Assembly (NCBI GenBank): GCA_041690295.1
Contig: JAWLHR010000011.1
Coordinates: 36,796-100,795 of the forward strand
DNA from: Bdellovibrionales bacterium
GTDB taxonomy: Bacteria > Bdellovibrionota > Bdellovibrionia > Bdellovibrionales > UBA1609
Length of the DNA stretch: 64,000 bases
Direction of reading: 5' to 3'
The position numbers and the translations under genes are program-made. Below, one piece after another: positions 9,516-20,495 of this stretch. How positions within the stretch are numbered: position 1 is the stretch's first letter; each line of letters starts with the position of its first letter. The notes beneath the pieces were generated by a model that did not search any database, had not been told where the DNA came from, and was given only the letters and a program-made list of their open reading frames with translations.

Positions 9516-9977
9516 TCAAGCGAGATTTTTCTCAAGAATCACTCGGGTTTGTCCCTCGCGGTCCTCACAACCCACGACGTCAAACCCATTTCGTAGATTC
9601 AGAATCATCATGTTCTTCCACTGATTCGTCGTCTTGGTGCGGATCGAACGATAGCCTTGTTTTTTCGCCCACTCGTGTTGCGCGAAAATCAATTCGCTGG
9701 CGATGCCGTAATTGCGCGCGGTGGGAATGACTCCACCCATCCAACTGTAGAATTTATCGCGCTCAAGTTCGTAGCCGAGTTTAAACCCCAGGACTTGCGG
9801 CGGATCCATGGGCGTGTGCGCGACCCACAACGCCCAATTCAGTCGTTGCGGTAACGTGCGCTCCACTTTCTGCGCGGTTTCCGCGTCGAAAATCTCGCCG
9901 ATGAGTTTATAGGTTTCCGCCAAATAAAATTCAGCGCCGGTGCTTAAACTCGTGAACAAGCTGATCTTGAATCTCAT
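9516..9977 (-). CDS. GNAT N-acetyltransferase
   Basis: GGVIPTARNYGIASEL AcCoA motif; ATG at 9977 overlaps the meaB stop. Confidence 0.85.
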   Translation of the reverse strand: MRFKISLFTSLSTGAEFYLAETYKLIGEIFDAETAQKVERTLPQRLNWALWVAHTPMDPPQVLGFKLGYELERDKFYSWMGGVIPTARNYGIASELIFAQHEWAKKQGYRSIRTKTTNQWKNMMILNLRNGFDVVGCEDREGQTRVILEKNLA

Positions 9978-10864
9978 GAAAACAAAGCCTTGAATGAATT
10001 TATATCCACCACCACGTTCAATTTGGAATCGAGATCGCGCTCCCATTCACCCCTGAGCAACGCCTTCGCCTCGTGACGGAGCCGCACGGGTGTTTCCCGT
10101 TGAATGCGAATTTGGTCTCGCAATTCGAGAATATGTCGCGCCAACTCATCGACCCCTTGGCCTTGATTGGCGATACATTTGAAAACTTTTGGCTTCTTTC
10201 CGCCGCCGTCCTGAAGCGAAGCTTCGATTTCGCGCGCCAGTCCATCCGCCCCGGGGCGATCCGCCTTGTTCACAACGAAAATGTCGGCGATCTCCATGAG
10301 GCCGGCTTTCATGGCCTGAATCGAATCCCCACTTTCCGGCACCAACACCACACAAACCTGATCCGCCACGTGCAGGATATCCAGTTCGGTTTGTCCCACG
10401 CCCACCGTTTCGATCAGAAGCAGGTCGAAGCCGCAGGCATCGAAGGCGCGCGCCATGAGATAAGCGGAATGACTGAGTCCACCCAAACTCCCGCGGGAAC
10501 CCAAGGAGCGGATGAAAACGTTGGGATCCAGGGAATGTTCGGAATAACGAATGCGATCGCCGAGAATCGCCCCCTGGCTGAAGGGGCTCGACGGATCCAC
10601 CGCGATCACTCCGACTTTCAAACTTTGCTGGCTAAACCGCTCGATCAATCGGCCCACCAAAGTGGACTTTCCAGCTCCCGGCGGACCGGTGATTCCCAAA
10701 CGAAACGCCAATTGTGGGGGTTGATAAAGTTCCGCGAGGGCAAAGACCTGATTCAAAGGCGATTGCTCCAACCAGGAGAGAAACTTAGCCAACGCCCGCC
10801 GGTCTCCGGCCCGCGCGGCTTGCAAAATTTTGGAACCTTCCTCGGCACTCGGTCTGCTCATCAA
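9974..10864 (-). CDS. meaB: MeaB/ArgK GTPase
   Basis: GPPGAGKST, VDPSSPFSQGAILGDRIR, ETVGVGQ, NKAD. Confidence 0.93.
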   Translation of the reverse strand: MMSRPSAEEGSKILQAARAGDRRALAKFLSWLEQSPLNQVFALAELYQPPQLAFRLGITGPPGAGKSTLVGRLIERFSQQSLKVGVIAVDPSSPFSQGAILGDRIRYSEHSLDPNVFIRSLGSRGSLGGLSHSAYLMARAFDACGFDLLLIETVGVGQTELDILHVADQVCVVLVPESGDSIQAMKAGLMEIADIFVVNKADRPGADGLAREIEASLQDGGGKKPKVFKCIANQGQGVDELARHILELRDQIRIQRETPVRLRHEAKALLRGEWERDLDSKLNVVVDINSFKALFS

Positions 10865-11009
10865 CCCTCATATCTAAGTAAGCAAAAAGGTTAGGTTTTT
10901 TTTGTTTCATTGTCCAGGTGTCCAAAAACCTTACAGGACGCGTTTTCACCAGGTTTGTCGAGGCCTTAGAAATCCTTAAGGGTTTCAATCGCTTATCAAA
11001 TGCCCACGG

Positions 11010-11025
11010 CGGCATGGAACATGCC
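11010..11025 (+). promoter_or_regulatory. Candidate sigma54 promoter
   Basis: CGGCATGGAACATGC, GG-N10-GC spacing upstream of ORF 11049. Confidence 0.45.
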
Positions 11026-11048
11026 CTTATAGAGGTCTGAAGGAGAGG

Positions 11049-12284
11049 GTGTGCCGCCGTTTAAGGCGTCCCCTGATGAATATGTTTTTGAATAAGGGTG
11101 AGTGGAAATTCTGGATTCTGATCGTGGTGTTCGCGATCGGCGGAAGTTTCGAACTCCTCAAAGCATTTTCAAAAGGCCGATCCGGCATCGCTCCGGTGGA
11201 AATCGCCGCCGAACGCGATGAATCGATTCGTCCGTACAGCGTGCGCGCTCTGCCCCCCGCCGTCCATCCCGCGCGGATGCCGCCTAAGATCGCGCCCGCG
11301 AGAATCGCCATGACTCAACCCCAAGTTCCCGGCGTTCTTCCTCCGGCGAAGGCCACGCAGTTCGACCATTCCGAATCCGACAAAAAAGACGCTAAAGACA
11401 AAACCGGCAAGAAAAAGAAAAAGAAGAAAAAGAAATTCAACCCTGACGAATATGAAATCGTTTTCGACCCGGTTCGCGGCAAATGGGTCAAACGCCGCAA
11501 AAAGAAGTTACCGGAACTTGATCAGAAAAATTTGGAACTCGCGCAAAAGGACGAGTCCCGCGATGACGACTGGGACCAAAACGATTCCAGCATCGACGAT
11601 GCGATCGCCACCGCCCTGATGACCGGCAATCCGCCGCAGCCATCAGCGGATCCCAATCAAAAAGGCGACGAAGCTTTCATCAGCGCTGAAGAATGGATCC
11701 GAAAACTTCTGAACCGGCCCAACAAGAATGAAACCCTGCGCTTCATCGAGCATTATAAAAAGCATCTCGTCACGGACGAAGTGTACTACCGGGTGGTCAC
11801 CATGATGATCGAAGATTCCCGTCCGGAAATGAAAAAGCTTGGCGTTTTGGCCGCGGGAAGTGTGACATCCGTTCTCAGTTTTCAACTGCTCGCTCAGGTC
11901 ACGCGTGACGAGAAAGCGGACGCCTCGGTTCGCCAGTCGGCGGAAGAATTTCTGGCCAAGTACACCGCTCTCAGCAATGTCCACATTCTCGGTCGCATCC
12001 TGCGCGCTCCCACCAGCAGCCACACGGCGCTGTTGGCCTTGCGCAAACTGCAAGAGTCCATGGAACAACACCTGGCCTCTCGTCCCCAACAAACGCCCAA
12101 CGCATCCCGACCGGTTCGTAACGTGGCCACTTATTTCGCGATCTTTCCACCGATCTTGACCAAGTTAACCGAATCGCCTGAACCGGAAATCAGCAACCAA
12201 GCCCGCCAGACATTGGCCCGACTCCAGGAACTCAGTCCGCCGCTGGCCAACCCGGCCCAGACCGCGACCGCCGCGGCACCCTAA
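11049..12284 (+). CDS. Hypothetical membrane-anchored protein (poly-Lys tract, helical-repeat C-terminus)
   Basis: N-terminal TM segment, K9 run, HEAT-like helices; start may be at 11076. Confidence 0.75.
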   Translation: MCRRLRRPLMNMFLNKGEWKFWILIVVFAIGGSFELLKAFSKGRSGIAPVEIAAERDESIRPYSVRALPPAVHPARMPPKIAPARIAMTQPQVPGVLPPAKATQFDHSESDKKDAKDKTGKKKKKKKKKFNPDEYEIVFDPVRGKWVKRRKKKLPELDQKNLELAQKDESRDDDWDQNDSSIDDAIATALMTGNPPQPSADPNQKGDEAFISAEEWIRKLLNRPNKNETLRFIEHYKKHLVTDEVYYRVVTMMIEDSRPEMKKLGVLAAGSVTSVLSFQLLAQVTRDEKADASVRQSAEEFLAKYTALSNVHILGRILRAPTSSHTALLALRKLQESMEQHLASRPQQTPNASRPVRNVATYFAIFPPILTKLTESPEPEISNQARQTLARLQELSPPLANPAQTATAAAP

Positions 12285-12321
12285 GAGTGACGGCACGCTT
12301 TGACTCCATTATCATGGCTTT

Positions 12322-13110
12322 ATGCTTTTTCTTTTTTGGCTCGCCGTCGGCGTCACCTATTCCGCCTTCGCCTTGGAAATTCCCAAAGGACTGACGGATA
12401 CCGATCGGCGGGAAATCGTTCGCACCTTGGGATTGAATTCCGCACCCAAAGCGTTGAGCAATCCTTATCCACTGGGCGGTTATTCGGGATTTGAACTGGG
12501 GATTTCGTTGGAGGTGATCAACATTCGCGACATCCGGCGTTTGGGTTGTGAACCCGGTACGGCCGGTTGCCCGAATGATAAGTACTCCGATGAAACCGAA
12601 TGGCGCGTGCCCCGGCTGACCATCGGAAAAGGATTGTATAACGACATTGATTTTTTCTTCTCGTTTGTTCCGCCGACCAGCGGAACCCGCGTGAGCGACT
12701 ACGGCGGGCAAGCGCGCTGGTCCTTTTTTCAAGCTCAATTTTTACCGGTCAATTTGTCGGCGGTGGCTTTCTTTAATCAGATGAACTTCAACGACTTGTT
12801 CATGAATCGCAACGTCGGCGCGGATCTAATCGCCGGTGTCAACGTGAATAATTTCGCGCTTTATTTCGGCGGCGGTTGGCTGGAAGGCACGGGCACCTTT
12901 ATCGCCGGAACCACCAACGGCTGCGAGGACTGCACGGTGAATCCGGCGGATCCTGACGTTCATTCCCTCACGGCCACGGTGGAACAAAGAGTTGAGACCT
13001 TTCACACCGTGGTGGGTTTTTCTTTGCACTACCAAAATCTTTTCGCCGCGGCCCAAGTGGATCGCTATCGTGATGCGGTTTACAGCATGAAAATGGGGTT
13101 GCGGTTTTAA
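12322..13110 (+). CDS. Putative outer-membrane beta-barrel protein
   Basis: Signal peptide, amphipathic strands, C-terminal YSMKMGLRF. Confidence 0.7.
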   Translation: MLFLFWLAVGVTYSAFALEIPKGLTDTDRREIVRTLGLNSAPKALSNPYPLGGYSGFELGISLEVINIRDIRRLGCEPGTAGCPNDKYSDETEWRVPRLTIGKGLYNDIDFFFSFVPPTSGTRVSDYGGQARWSFFQAQFLPVNLSAVAFFNQMNFNDLFMNRNVGADLIAGVNVNNFALYFGGGWLEGTGTFIAGTTNGCEDCTVNPADPDVHSLTATVEQRVETFHTVVGFSLHYQNLFAAAQVDRYRDAVYSMKMGLRF

Positions 13111-14087
13111 AGCCGGGTCAATTGTTTAAAAACAAGCTCCAACCAGCGCGAAGGTTTCCAACCCGATCCCGACCGGGAAAGGTAACCGACGTGCCCGCCC
13201 GTTTTGGTGATGTGCAAATCCACCGCCGAAGAAAAGCGCGCTCTTCGAAACGGTTCGACGGGAATAAAGGGATCATCTTCGGTGGTTAAAACCAGGCCGG
13301 GAACACGAATACGTGAGGCGTAGTGGATCGACGAGCACCGCGTGTAATACTCATCGCGCGAGCGAAATCCCGCCATGGGAGCGGTGACTCTTTCATCGAA
13401 ATCCACCAGCCGGCAAAACCGCGGAAGTTCCGGCATGCGGCGAAGAAGACCGGCGTCCACACGCCGGCGCATGGACGCCTTGAGTTCACGGACGAACATC
13501 TGATCATAAATGAAGTTTCGCGGATGCCTCAGGCATCGAGCGGTCAGATGTAGATCAATCGGCGGATTCACCGCGATCAAGTCGTCGGGCAAATCCCGAT
13601 CATAAAGACCCGCCAGATTCAGCAAGAGATTGGCGCTTAAAGAAAAACCAACAGCCGTGATTCGGGTTTGCGGCGACTTCTCGCGAACGTGCCGGATCAC
13701 CGCGCACACATCCGCCATGGAACCGGAATGATAAATCCCCCGCGCGTGGGGATGTCCTTCGCCCGCTCCCCGGTGATTGACCAAAACCACCGATTGGCCG
13801 TTGGCGACGGCCACGCCACCGCACACCTGAATGTAATTGGAGTCGGCGCTTCCCCCTAAACCATGAAAGAAAATGATCGTGCGCCGTTCGGATCCAGGAT
13901 AATAGCGGCACGCCAACCGGTCGCCATCTTCCAATGGGATCAAAAATGATTCATAGTCTTTTTGAATTCGCGGAAACGGCAGGAAGTAAGCACAAATGGT
14001 TTGCCAATGGCCTCCGAAGAGAAACGGCCATGATCGGAATTCAGGAAATGAGTTATGCCGTTCAACGGCGACCGTCGATGCGATCAA
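13107..14087 (-). CDS. YheT-family alpha/beta hydrolase
   Basis: GGHWQT, HGLGGS, GFSLSAN, DDPFIP, GGHVGY. Confidence 0.88.
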   Translation of the reverse strand: MIASTVAVERHNSFPEFRSWPFLFGGHWQTICAYFLPFPRIQKDYESFLIPLEDGDRLACRYYPGSERRTIIFFHGLGGSADSNYIQVCGGVAVANGQSVVLVNHRGAGEGHPHARGIYHSGSMADVCAVIRHVREKSPQTRITAVGFSLSANLLLNLAGLYDRDLPDDLIAVNPPIDLHLTARCLRHPRNFIYDQMFVRELKASMRRRVDAGLLRRMPELPRFCRLVDFDERVTAPMAGFRSRDEYYTRCSSIHYASRIRVPGLVLTTEDDPFIPVEPFRRARFSSAVDLHITKTGGHVGYLSRSGSGWKPSRWLELVFKQLTRL

Positions 14088-14532
14088 TCAATTTGGTCGT
14101 ACTGCGTCCGGGATGAAAGGGCAAGGAATGGACTTCACCGCCGTGGTCCAAAACCCATTTGGCGCCCTCGATTTTGTCCACGGGCCAGTCGCCGCCTTTT
14201 ACCAACACGTCAGGCGAAATTTTTTCGATAAGTTGGGCCGGCGTATCCTCATCGAAAATCGTCACATAAGAGACCGAGGCCAGAGCCGCCAAAATTTCCG
14301 CGCGGTCCGCTTGCGGTTGAATGGGGCGTTTGGGACCTTTTAAACGCTTAACACTGGCATCCGAATTCACACCCACAACCAATAGATCGCCGTAAGTGCG
14401 GGCCTCTTGCAGATAACGGGTGTGTCCGACGTGCAGGATATCAAAACAGCCATTGGTAAAAACCACCCGCGAAGCGGGCCGGTGGCGATCAAGTTCTTTA
14501 AGTAATTGCGGGAGCTCGAGAACCCGGCCCAC
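14062..14532 (-). CDS. rfaE2: D-glycero-beta-D-manno-heptose 1-phosphate adenylyltransferase
   Basis: [30 protein letters not shown]. Confidence 0.93.
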   Translation of the reverse strand: MGRVLELPQLLKELDRHRPASRVVFTNGCFDILHVGHTRYLQEARTYGDLLVVGVNSDASVKRLKGPKRPIQPQADRAEILAALASVSYVTIFDEDTPAQLIEKISPDVLVKGGDWPVDKIEGAKWVLDHGGEVHSLPFHPGRSTTKLIDRIDGRR

Positions 14533-14533
14533 T

Positions 14534-15418
14534 TTAAACTCGTTGTTGATAAAGCTTCACGCCGGTGATCTGGCCCGCGATATCGCGACCGATAATGGCG
14601 GAAATCAACGGCAACAGGACAATTCCGGTGACCGTGACCAGAAGGCTTCGCGCCGCCACCTTGAGCGGATACGTTTCCTTCTTCTGTTCCTCGTCTTGAC
14701 CAATTTGGAGGTCAAACGTCCATTCACCGAGCGTGCGGCCAAAGAACGAACGCGAAATCACCACGTACATTTGCATCACGGCCAGGAACAGCACGCCTAA
14801 ACTGACTTGAGTCATGATGTCCGTGGTGAGATTGCGGAAGACGATCTCCAAATCCACCTTGGTGATCATCAGCAGCACCACCATGAAAATCAGCGACAAC
14901 GCCATGACGATCACCAGATCAAGCAAAGCGGATTCCAAACTCATGGTCGCGGGAATCAGTTTCGACTTGGGCGAATCGGCGGCGCCCCGGCGGGTGCCCG
15001 TTTGAACTTCGGGCGCGGGCGGAGTTTTCTTAATCGCCGGTGATTTATAAGCCTCGGGCCGCGGGAACGGGGACTCGATGCGCGAGCGCGGCACTTCCAC
15101 TTCGGTGGCCGCGCGCGGCAGCGTTTCCGTGAATTTCAAATCCGAGTTCCGTGACAGCGGTGTTTTCTCCAATGCCGACAGCACATCTTCGAAGCTGTGT
15201 TTTTTCACCGGGGCGATTGGTGCATCATCGACGATTGATTTGGGAATTGAGGCCGGAACACTCTGCAGTTCGTCGTTCAAGACTCCGGTCTCTTTCAGAC
15301 CGTTTTTAAGGTTATAGGCTTTTTTATGAAAACCTAGACCTTCGGTCAGGGGTTTGAATTCAAACTCATCAAAAGGATCCATATTCGACTGGCTCATAAC
15401 GCCCCCGCTCATTAACAA
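14534..15418 (-). CDS. RDD family membrane protein
   Basis: C-terminal TM helices with GRTLGEW. Confidence 0.7.
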   Translation of the reverse strand: MLMSGGVMSQSNMDPFDEFEFKPLTEGLGFHKKAYNLKNGLKETGVLNDELQSVPASIPKSIVDDAPIAPVKKHSFEDVLSALEKTPLSRNSDLKFTETLPRAATEVEVPRSRIESPFPRPEAYKSPAIKKTPPAPEVQTGTRRGAADSPKSKLIPATMSLESALLDLVIVMALSLIFMVVLLMITKVDLEIVFRNLTTDIMTQVSLGVLFLAVMQMYVVISRSFFGRTLGEWTFDLQIGQDEEQKKETYPLKVAARSLLVTVTGIVLLPLISAIIGRDIAGQITGVKLYQQRV

Positions 15419-16173
15419 AGCGTTCCAGTTTCATACTTTATGACGCTGACTAGAGCCAAGCAAGCCGTTTCCACCCGCAAAACTTGTGAGCCCATAGACA
15501 CGGGCGGCAGGCCGTATTCAGCAAAGAGCTTCACTTCGCGCGGCGAAAATCCACCCTCACTGCCGACAAAAACCCAAATACTTTCCGGATTGTCTTTTTT
15601 AATCTCACGAACCGCATCGGGTAAGGCGCGCTCAGCCTCTCCTTCATAAGGGAATAGACCTTTCACGCCGGGCTTCCGGTTAAATTCATCTAAGAGTTGA
15701 TTCAAAGTGACGACCGGATGAATTTTCATCAGATCGCCTCGCCCACTCTGCTGAGTCGCGCTTTTGATCAGTTTTTCCCAACGGTTCATTCGCGACGGCG
15801 AAATATCGGAAGTTTTTCTCAAGAAACTGTAATCAGAGACGAAGGGACGGATTTCATACACACCGAGTTCCACGCACTTTTCCACAATCCAATCCACTTT
15901 CGGCAGTTTGGGAATGGACAGAGCCAAGGTGATCCAGGGTTTGGCGAGCGCCGGAAGGGTTCGCGTTTCGATGGCGCGCGCACGGATCTCTTTGCCGGAA
16001 ATCTGGTCGATCTCCATTAAAATGGCGCGTTGATCGCCGGGCAGCGCTTCGAAGCGATCACCAGGTCCGAACCGACACACATCACGCATATGGTGAAAAA
16101 GATCACCCCGGATGGTGATCGTACCGGCGTCGTCAATTTCTCGATCGGAAATATAAAATCGTCTCAGCGCCAT
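15412..16173 (-). CDS. rsmE: 16S rRNA m3U1498 methyltransferase
   Basis: EKCVELGV, QQSGR, VGSEGGFS, LRVETA. Confidence 0.93.
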   Translation of the reverse strand: MALRRFYISDREIDDAGTITIRGDLFHHMRDVCRFGPGDRFEALPGDQRAILMEIDQISGKEIRARAIETRTLPALAKPWITLALSIPKLPKVDWIVEKCVELGVYEIRPFVSDYSFLRKTSDISPSRMNRWEKLIKSATQQSGRGDLMKIHPVVTLNQLLDEFNRKPGVKGLFPYEGEAERALPDAVREIKKDNPESIWVFVGSEGGFSPREVKLFAEYGLPPVSMGSQVLRVETACLALVSVIKYETGTLC

Positions 16174-16185
16174 GGCGATCTCATC

Positions 16186-17052
16186 CTATAGTTGAACCGC
16201 GAAGAGCAGCCAATCGCCCATTTCACGCCGGACACTCCAGGATTTTCCGGGGGGAAGCCGAAAGCCCGCGAGAAAATCAGGCTCCCGTTCTTTGATGATT
16301 CCTGAGACCACCAGCCACCCGCCCGGCTTCACGCGTGATTTTAATGAATCTTGTATTCGCACCAACACGCCATCGATGATGTTCGCGACCACAATGTCAT
16401 AAACCGCGTTTAAGTTTTCCACCTGGCGAACATCCAAACCCACTTGGACTTTATTGAGGGCGAAATTCTCGTGCGCCACCCGGCGCGCCTCTTGTTCAAT
16501 TTCGGTGGCGTCGACCCGGCTGTATCCCATCTTGTACGCCAGAATGGCCAAGATTCCGGTTCCGGTACCCACATCCAACAGCGAATCCATCGGGCCAAGC
16601 TTCACCAGCTCTTCCGCCACCAGGCGCGTGGTCTCGTGTGTTCCCGTGCCAAACGCCATTCCCGGATCAATCGCGATGGGTGTTCGCGCCGCTTTCGGCG
16701 TCTCACACCAGCTGGGCACCACCCAGAAGCCTCCGGCCAACGGGAACGGTTGAAAGGACTTCTTCCACTCCGCCAGCCAATCGCGCTCGGCTTCTAAACT
16801 CACACCGAGATGAATCTCGGGAAAATGGGCGCGGACTTGATCCAAAAATTCCGCGGCGGGGCGATCGGAAAAATAAATTTCCAGACACCGCTCCGATGGA
16901 ATCACCGCCTGGACGTCCTCTTCCCCCTCGGGCTGGTGAAAATCCAGTTTCTCACTCATGCCCGAGGCGCCGGCCGCGAAGGCCGCGTGGCTGAGCCATT
17001 CCTCGGCCTGATCGCTGACATTGCTTAACCGGACGACGAAGTAGTCATTCAT
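16186..17052 (-). CDS. prmA: Ribosomal protein L11 methyltransferase
   Basis: DPGMAFGTGTHETT, DVGTGTGIL, VANI. Confidence 0.95.
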   Translation of the reverse strand: MNDYFVVRLSNVSDQAEEWLSHAAFAAGASGMSEKLDFHQPEGEEDVQAVIPSERCLEIYFSDRPAAEFLDQVRAHFPEIHLGVSLEAERDWLAEWKKSFQPFPLAGGFWVVPSWCETPKAARTPIAIDPGMAFGTGTHETTRLVAEELVKLGPMDSLLDVGTGTGILAILAYKMGYSRVDATEIEQEARRVAHENFALNKVQVGLDVRQVENLNAVYDIVVANIIDGVLVRIQDSLKSRVKPGGWLVVSGIIKEREPDFLAGFRLPPGKSWSVRREMGDWLLFAVQL

Positions 17053-17055
17053 TGA

Positions 17056-17997
17056 TCACTCTTTTCTCACGGCCCCGTTCACCACATCCACTTTAACTTT
17101 CAAGGCTCCGGGAGTGCGCACGCTCGCGAAGTCGTCTTGAACCCCGTTCAAAACGTTCACGTCAAAGTCGTACTCTCTGCGCGAATCGGGACTGATTTTC
17201 ACTTTGCCGTTGGTGACATTCACTTGGATATCGCTTTGAGGCTCATCCAACTTGACCGATCCGTTAATGCCGCTCAACTCCGCCTTGGTGCCCGCGGGAA
17301 TGTTCAATTCGCACTTGGCGAATTTCAACTTGTCGAGCGCCAAGGTCATCACACCCGCTTGCATGTCCAATTGCGGGTTTTGTCCCATTCGACTTTTGCA
17401 TTCCCAGCTGAAAACTCCATCCTGGCTGGCATTCACTTCCAATTTCGCGGTGATGAAGGGGATTTTGATCAGCTGAACTTTTTGATTCTTCAGTTCGGCC
17501 CGTCCCCGGCTCATATGGTTCGAGTCATCGTCGTCGAAATCCAAACCACCGACGGTGAACGAGCCGATTTTCAAATTTCCATTGGCTTCGGACACTTGGA
17601 TGGCTTTGCCGAAAAAGCTGACTTTTCCCGCCTTTTCATCCACTTCGATGATCGGTGAAAAGTACCAAATGGCCATGAAGGTGGCGATTAAAGCCGACGC
17701 CACCACGAACGCCACCGAGCCGAAAGTGGCCAACGCGATCCATTTGATCCAATTGCGTGGAGTGGACGGCGCCCAGTATTTAACACCCTTTTGTTCGAGA
17801 TACCGCATGGCCACGGCTTTGGGTGTACCCAAGTCTTCCAAGCGTTTTTGAATATCCACGCTGGGATCCTTTTGGTCCAACTCCAGAATGTGCGATCGGA
17901 TCTCGGTGATGATCTCCGCGCGTTGTCCGACCGGGAGCGCCTGAAGCTCGCGATCCAACTGAGAAAGATAATGTTCGAGAATGAGTTCCTTGTTCAT
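17056..17997 (-). CDS. DUF1700/HAAS-domain membrane protein with beta-helical C-terminus
   Basis: YLSQLDRELQALP...EIRSHI...LGTPKAVA; typical PadR partner. Confidence 0.75.
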   Translation of the reverse strand: MNKELILEHYLSQLDRELQALPVGQRAEIITEIRSHILELDQKDPSVDIQKRLEDLGTPKAVAMRYLEQKGVKYWAPSTPRNWIKWIALATFGSVAFVVASALIATFMAIWYFSPIIEVDEKAGKVSFFGKAIQVSEANGNLKIGSFTVGGLDFDDDDSNHMSRGRAELKNQKVQLIKIPFITAKLEVNASQDGVFSWECKSRMGQNPQLDMQAGVMTLALDKLKFAKCELNIPAGTKAELSGINGSVKLDEPQSDIQVNVTNGKVKISPDSRREYDFDVNVLNGVQDDFASVRTPGALKVKVDVVNGAVRKE

Positions 17998-18359
17998 TTT
18001 TGACTCCCGTTTTTTAAGTTCGAAACAATTTCAACCATGCGAGTGAATTCGCCGCTCATTTCCGTGAGGGCCTGCTCCCCCTTTGCGGTCAGCGAATAAA
18101 ATTTCCGTGGATGCCCTTTGAGGTTTTCCGTTTCCCACGTGGCCTGCAACAAGCCATCGTCCGTGAGCCGATTCAAAAGCGGATAAAGAGTGCCTTCTTT
18201 CAGATTCAATTCCAGGGATTGAAGCTTTTCGAGAATCTCCAATCCATAAAGACGAGTGTGAGTTTGAATGATCAGAAGAAGGCAGTACTCGAGGTAGCCT
18301 TTTTTGACCTGAACTTTCCAATTTTCCAAAATAGGTTGCATAACAAGCATACCTAGCAT
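17994..18359 (-). CDS. PadR-family transcriptional regulator
   Basis: KKGYLE, YGLEI, EGTLYPLLNRL, RKFYSLT. Confidence 0.92.
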   Translation of the reverse strand: MLGMLVMQPILENWKVQVKKGYLEYCLLLIIQTHTRLYGLEILEKLQSLELNLKEGTLYPLLNRLTDDGLLQATWETENLKGHPRKFYSLTAKGEQALTEMSGEFTRMVEIVSNLKNGSQK

Positions 18360-18385
18360 TGCAAGGTATGCTGATCAAGATTGAT

Positions 18386-18943
18386 CTACTGTGAAATCGT
18401 AACGGGAACTGGGTGGGGTGAGATTTCCACCGAATTTACAATAATTTGACCTTGCGTCAAAGCGGCTGTGTCGGTGGTTGGCGGAGGGCTCGCCTCGGCT
18501 TTGGGTTCCTCAGTGGGTTGAGATTCGGACGCCTGCTTGCCACCCTTTTCCATGACGGCCGTCGCTAAATCCAATCGATCACCAAGCATGATGAAATTGT
18601 CTTCGAGAAGTGGTGAGTTTTCCCGTCCGAACTCCGTGTGCAGGCGGGCCACCGCGAGACCTTTCTGCACATGAATGATCTTTACCCGCGCCACTTTCAG
18701 TTCGAGATCACCAGCGGACCGGTTTTGATAATTATCGTAGAGCGGAAGTTTGCGCTGCACGGTGATCACCATCCCATTCGCGAGTCCCGCTTCACTTCCG
18801 GCGTTGATATAAAAATCACGATAAACTTTGTCGGTGTCGGAGAGGGGAAGATTTTTGCGCACATCGAAGATCGTGATATCCGCCAAAGCTTGGCCGCTCA
18901 CCAGCAGGATCGCTAAAAGGACATTGAATTGACCCAATGACAT
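18386..18943 (-). CDS. Secreted hypothetical protein
   Basis: Signal peptide; FYINAGSEAGL beta domain; lies at the end of the flagellar cluster. Confidence 0.75.
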   Translation of the reverse strand: MSLGQFNVLLAILLVSGQALADITIFDVRKNLPLSDTDKVYRDFYINAGSEAGLANGMVITVQRKLPLYDNYQNRSAGDLELKVARVKIIHVQKGLAVARLHTEFGRENSPLLEDNFIMLGDRLDLATAVMEKGGKQASESQPTEEPKAEASPPPTTDTAALTQGQIIVNSVEISPHPVPVTISQ

Positions 18944-19016
18944 GTAACCTTCCTTGTTACATGTCCCATATCGGGAAAATTTTGCCGCAACTAAAGCTCG
19001 GCAGTGCGATGCATCC

Positions 19017-19544
19017 TTAGGCCTCGACTTCAGGCGGGCGCTTCAGCTTGACGGCGACATCCGTGTAAACCGATTGGTTCTTGATGATGGCTCCGGGATT
19101 CTGCACCACGCGCTGCTGCAGGCGGGTGAAAATCGGTTCGCGAATGGCCAATGAATTGTCCTGGAGAACCACTTGACGGGCCACTCGACTTTGCACGTGG
19201 ATGACAATCGGAGCCTTAAGGTTCGCCGTCATTTGAGTGGGATCGGACGGAATGGTGATGATCGAGAAAAACCGGATCCCTTCCGTCGACTTAAGTCCCA
19301 TGATTTCCAGATCATGCTTGGTTAACTGCACCGTGTAGTTATTGGTGAACAGCTCCGGCTCAAGAAGCGGAAAAGCGATATTTGGGTCCTCACAACTTTG
19401 GAGCCAAGCGAAAATTTCATCGGTGGGGTCATCCAGCAGGACGAAGCGACGGAGTTCGTTGAAGCCCAATAGGCCTTCGGGAAAGTGAATAATGTCCTCT
19501 GACGTAATGGCCACCGCACCAAAACGGCTAGTTGAAATCACCAT
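19017..19544 (-). CDS. fliW: Flagellar assembly factor FliW
   Basis: TSRFG, FPEGLLGF, WLQS, TANLKAP. Confidence 0.95.
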   Translation of the reverse strand: MVISTSRFGAVAITSEDIIHFPEGLLGFNELRRFVLLDDPTDEIFAWLQSCEDPNIAFPLLEPELFTNNYTVQLTKHDLEIMGLKSTEGIRFFSIITIPSDPTQMTANLKAPIVIHVQSRVARQVVLQDNSLAIREPIFTRLQQRVVQNPGAIIKNQSVYTDVAVKLKRPPEVEA

Positions 19545-19625
19545 TTCTTTCCCCCCCGGATCCAGGATGCCCCTAAAAAGGGGGACACTTCAAGATCTAA
19601 TGAGGGTTAATAACGCGAAGCCGTG

Positions 19626-19856
19626 TTATTTGTTTTTAAGAAGCTCGGCGACCTGCTTAGCCCTGTCCGGATTGGCGGAGACGGATTCTTGGTTTTGATT
19701 CTGAATCGCCAGGTAGACTTCCTCGCGGTGAATCTTGGTATCCTTGGGGGCCTCGATACCAAGCCTGACCTGTTTACCCTTTATCTGAACGACCCGAATT
19801 TTGATATGGTCATCGATCGCGATACTTTCGCCAAGTTTCCGGGTCAGAACCAACAT
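19626..19856 (-). CDS. csrA: Carbon storage regulator CsrA
   Basis: MLVLTRKLGESI...VRLGIEAP...IHREEVY. Confidence 0.97.
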   Translation of the reverse strand: MLVLTRKLGESIAIDDHIKIRVVQIKGKQVRLGIEAPKDTKIHREEVYLAIQNQNQESVSANPDRAKQVAELLKNK

Positions 19857-20164
19857 TGGAAAGCTCCTTCAACATCCTAGTCAAAGTCACCGTTTCAGCG
19901 GATGTGCAACAAACGGCGATAACGAATCCTTTAACGGACGATCCGTAGAAAAACCTTAGCTAGTCGTAACCGGGTCCAAAGTCAAGAATGGGTCAAGGTC
20001 CACGAAGAGATCACAGACGACAAAGGGTGAGAATCCCCAGGACCATGAAAGGGCGCGGCAGTAAACTTGTTTAGAAACGGGACACTCCGGCGCCCAGGTG
20101 CTGTCGAACTTTTCGTCAAACGTCAATACCGCGATCGCCGAAACCCCGGATAAAAGTCATTCAC

Positions 20165-20180
20165 AGGCCCCGAACCTGCA
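20165..20180 (+). promoter_or_regulatory. Candidate sigma54 promoter
   Basis: AGGCCCCGAACCTGCA, GG-N10-GC, 20 bp before ORF 20200. Confidence 0.4.
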
Positions 20181-20199
20181 GTTCAATTATGTTTGAATT

Positions 20200-20493
20200 A
20201 TGAGACGATTCTTTTTCGCTCTCATTTTAATCGCGTTCAGTTCACCGGCGGCGCTGGCTGGGGAAATCTCCACTTATCTTCAAGGCACAATTATTAAACG
20301 GACGCGACACGAACTCGTCGTGCAAACGGCCCGCGGCACCTATTGGGTGCGCACCAGCCGTCGCCCGCCGAGCTACACCCGCAAAGTGTCTGAAATTGAG
20401 ACGGGCTTTTGGGTGAGACTGCGCGACATCAAGCGCTTCCGCCCCCATGTGATGGACGCGCGGAACTCGACGACCACCAACTACGCCAACTGA
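20200..20493 (+). CDS. Small secreted hypothetical protein
   Basis: Clear signal peptide MRRFFFALILIAFSSPAALA. Confidence 0.7.
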   Translation: MRRFFFALILIAFSSPAALAGEISTYLQGTIIKRTRHELVVQTARGTYWVRTSRRPPSYTRKVSEIETGFWVRLRDIKRFRPHVMDARNSTTTNYAN

Positions 20494-20495
20494 TT

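Noticed and set aside
11408..11436. A-rich run as a possible slippage or phase-variation site
   Set aside because: Mixed AAG/AAA codons for poly-Lys; the frame is intact
19857..20160. Possible riboswitch in the csrA upstream intergenic region
   Set aside because: One hairpin and a weak sigma28-like box, but no recognisable riboswitch consensus
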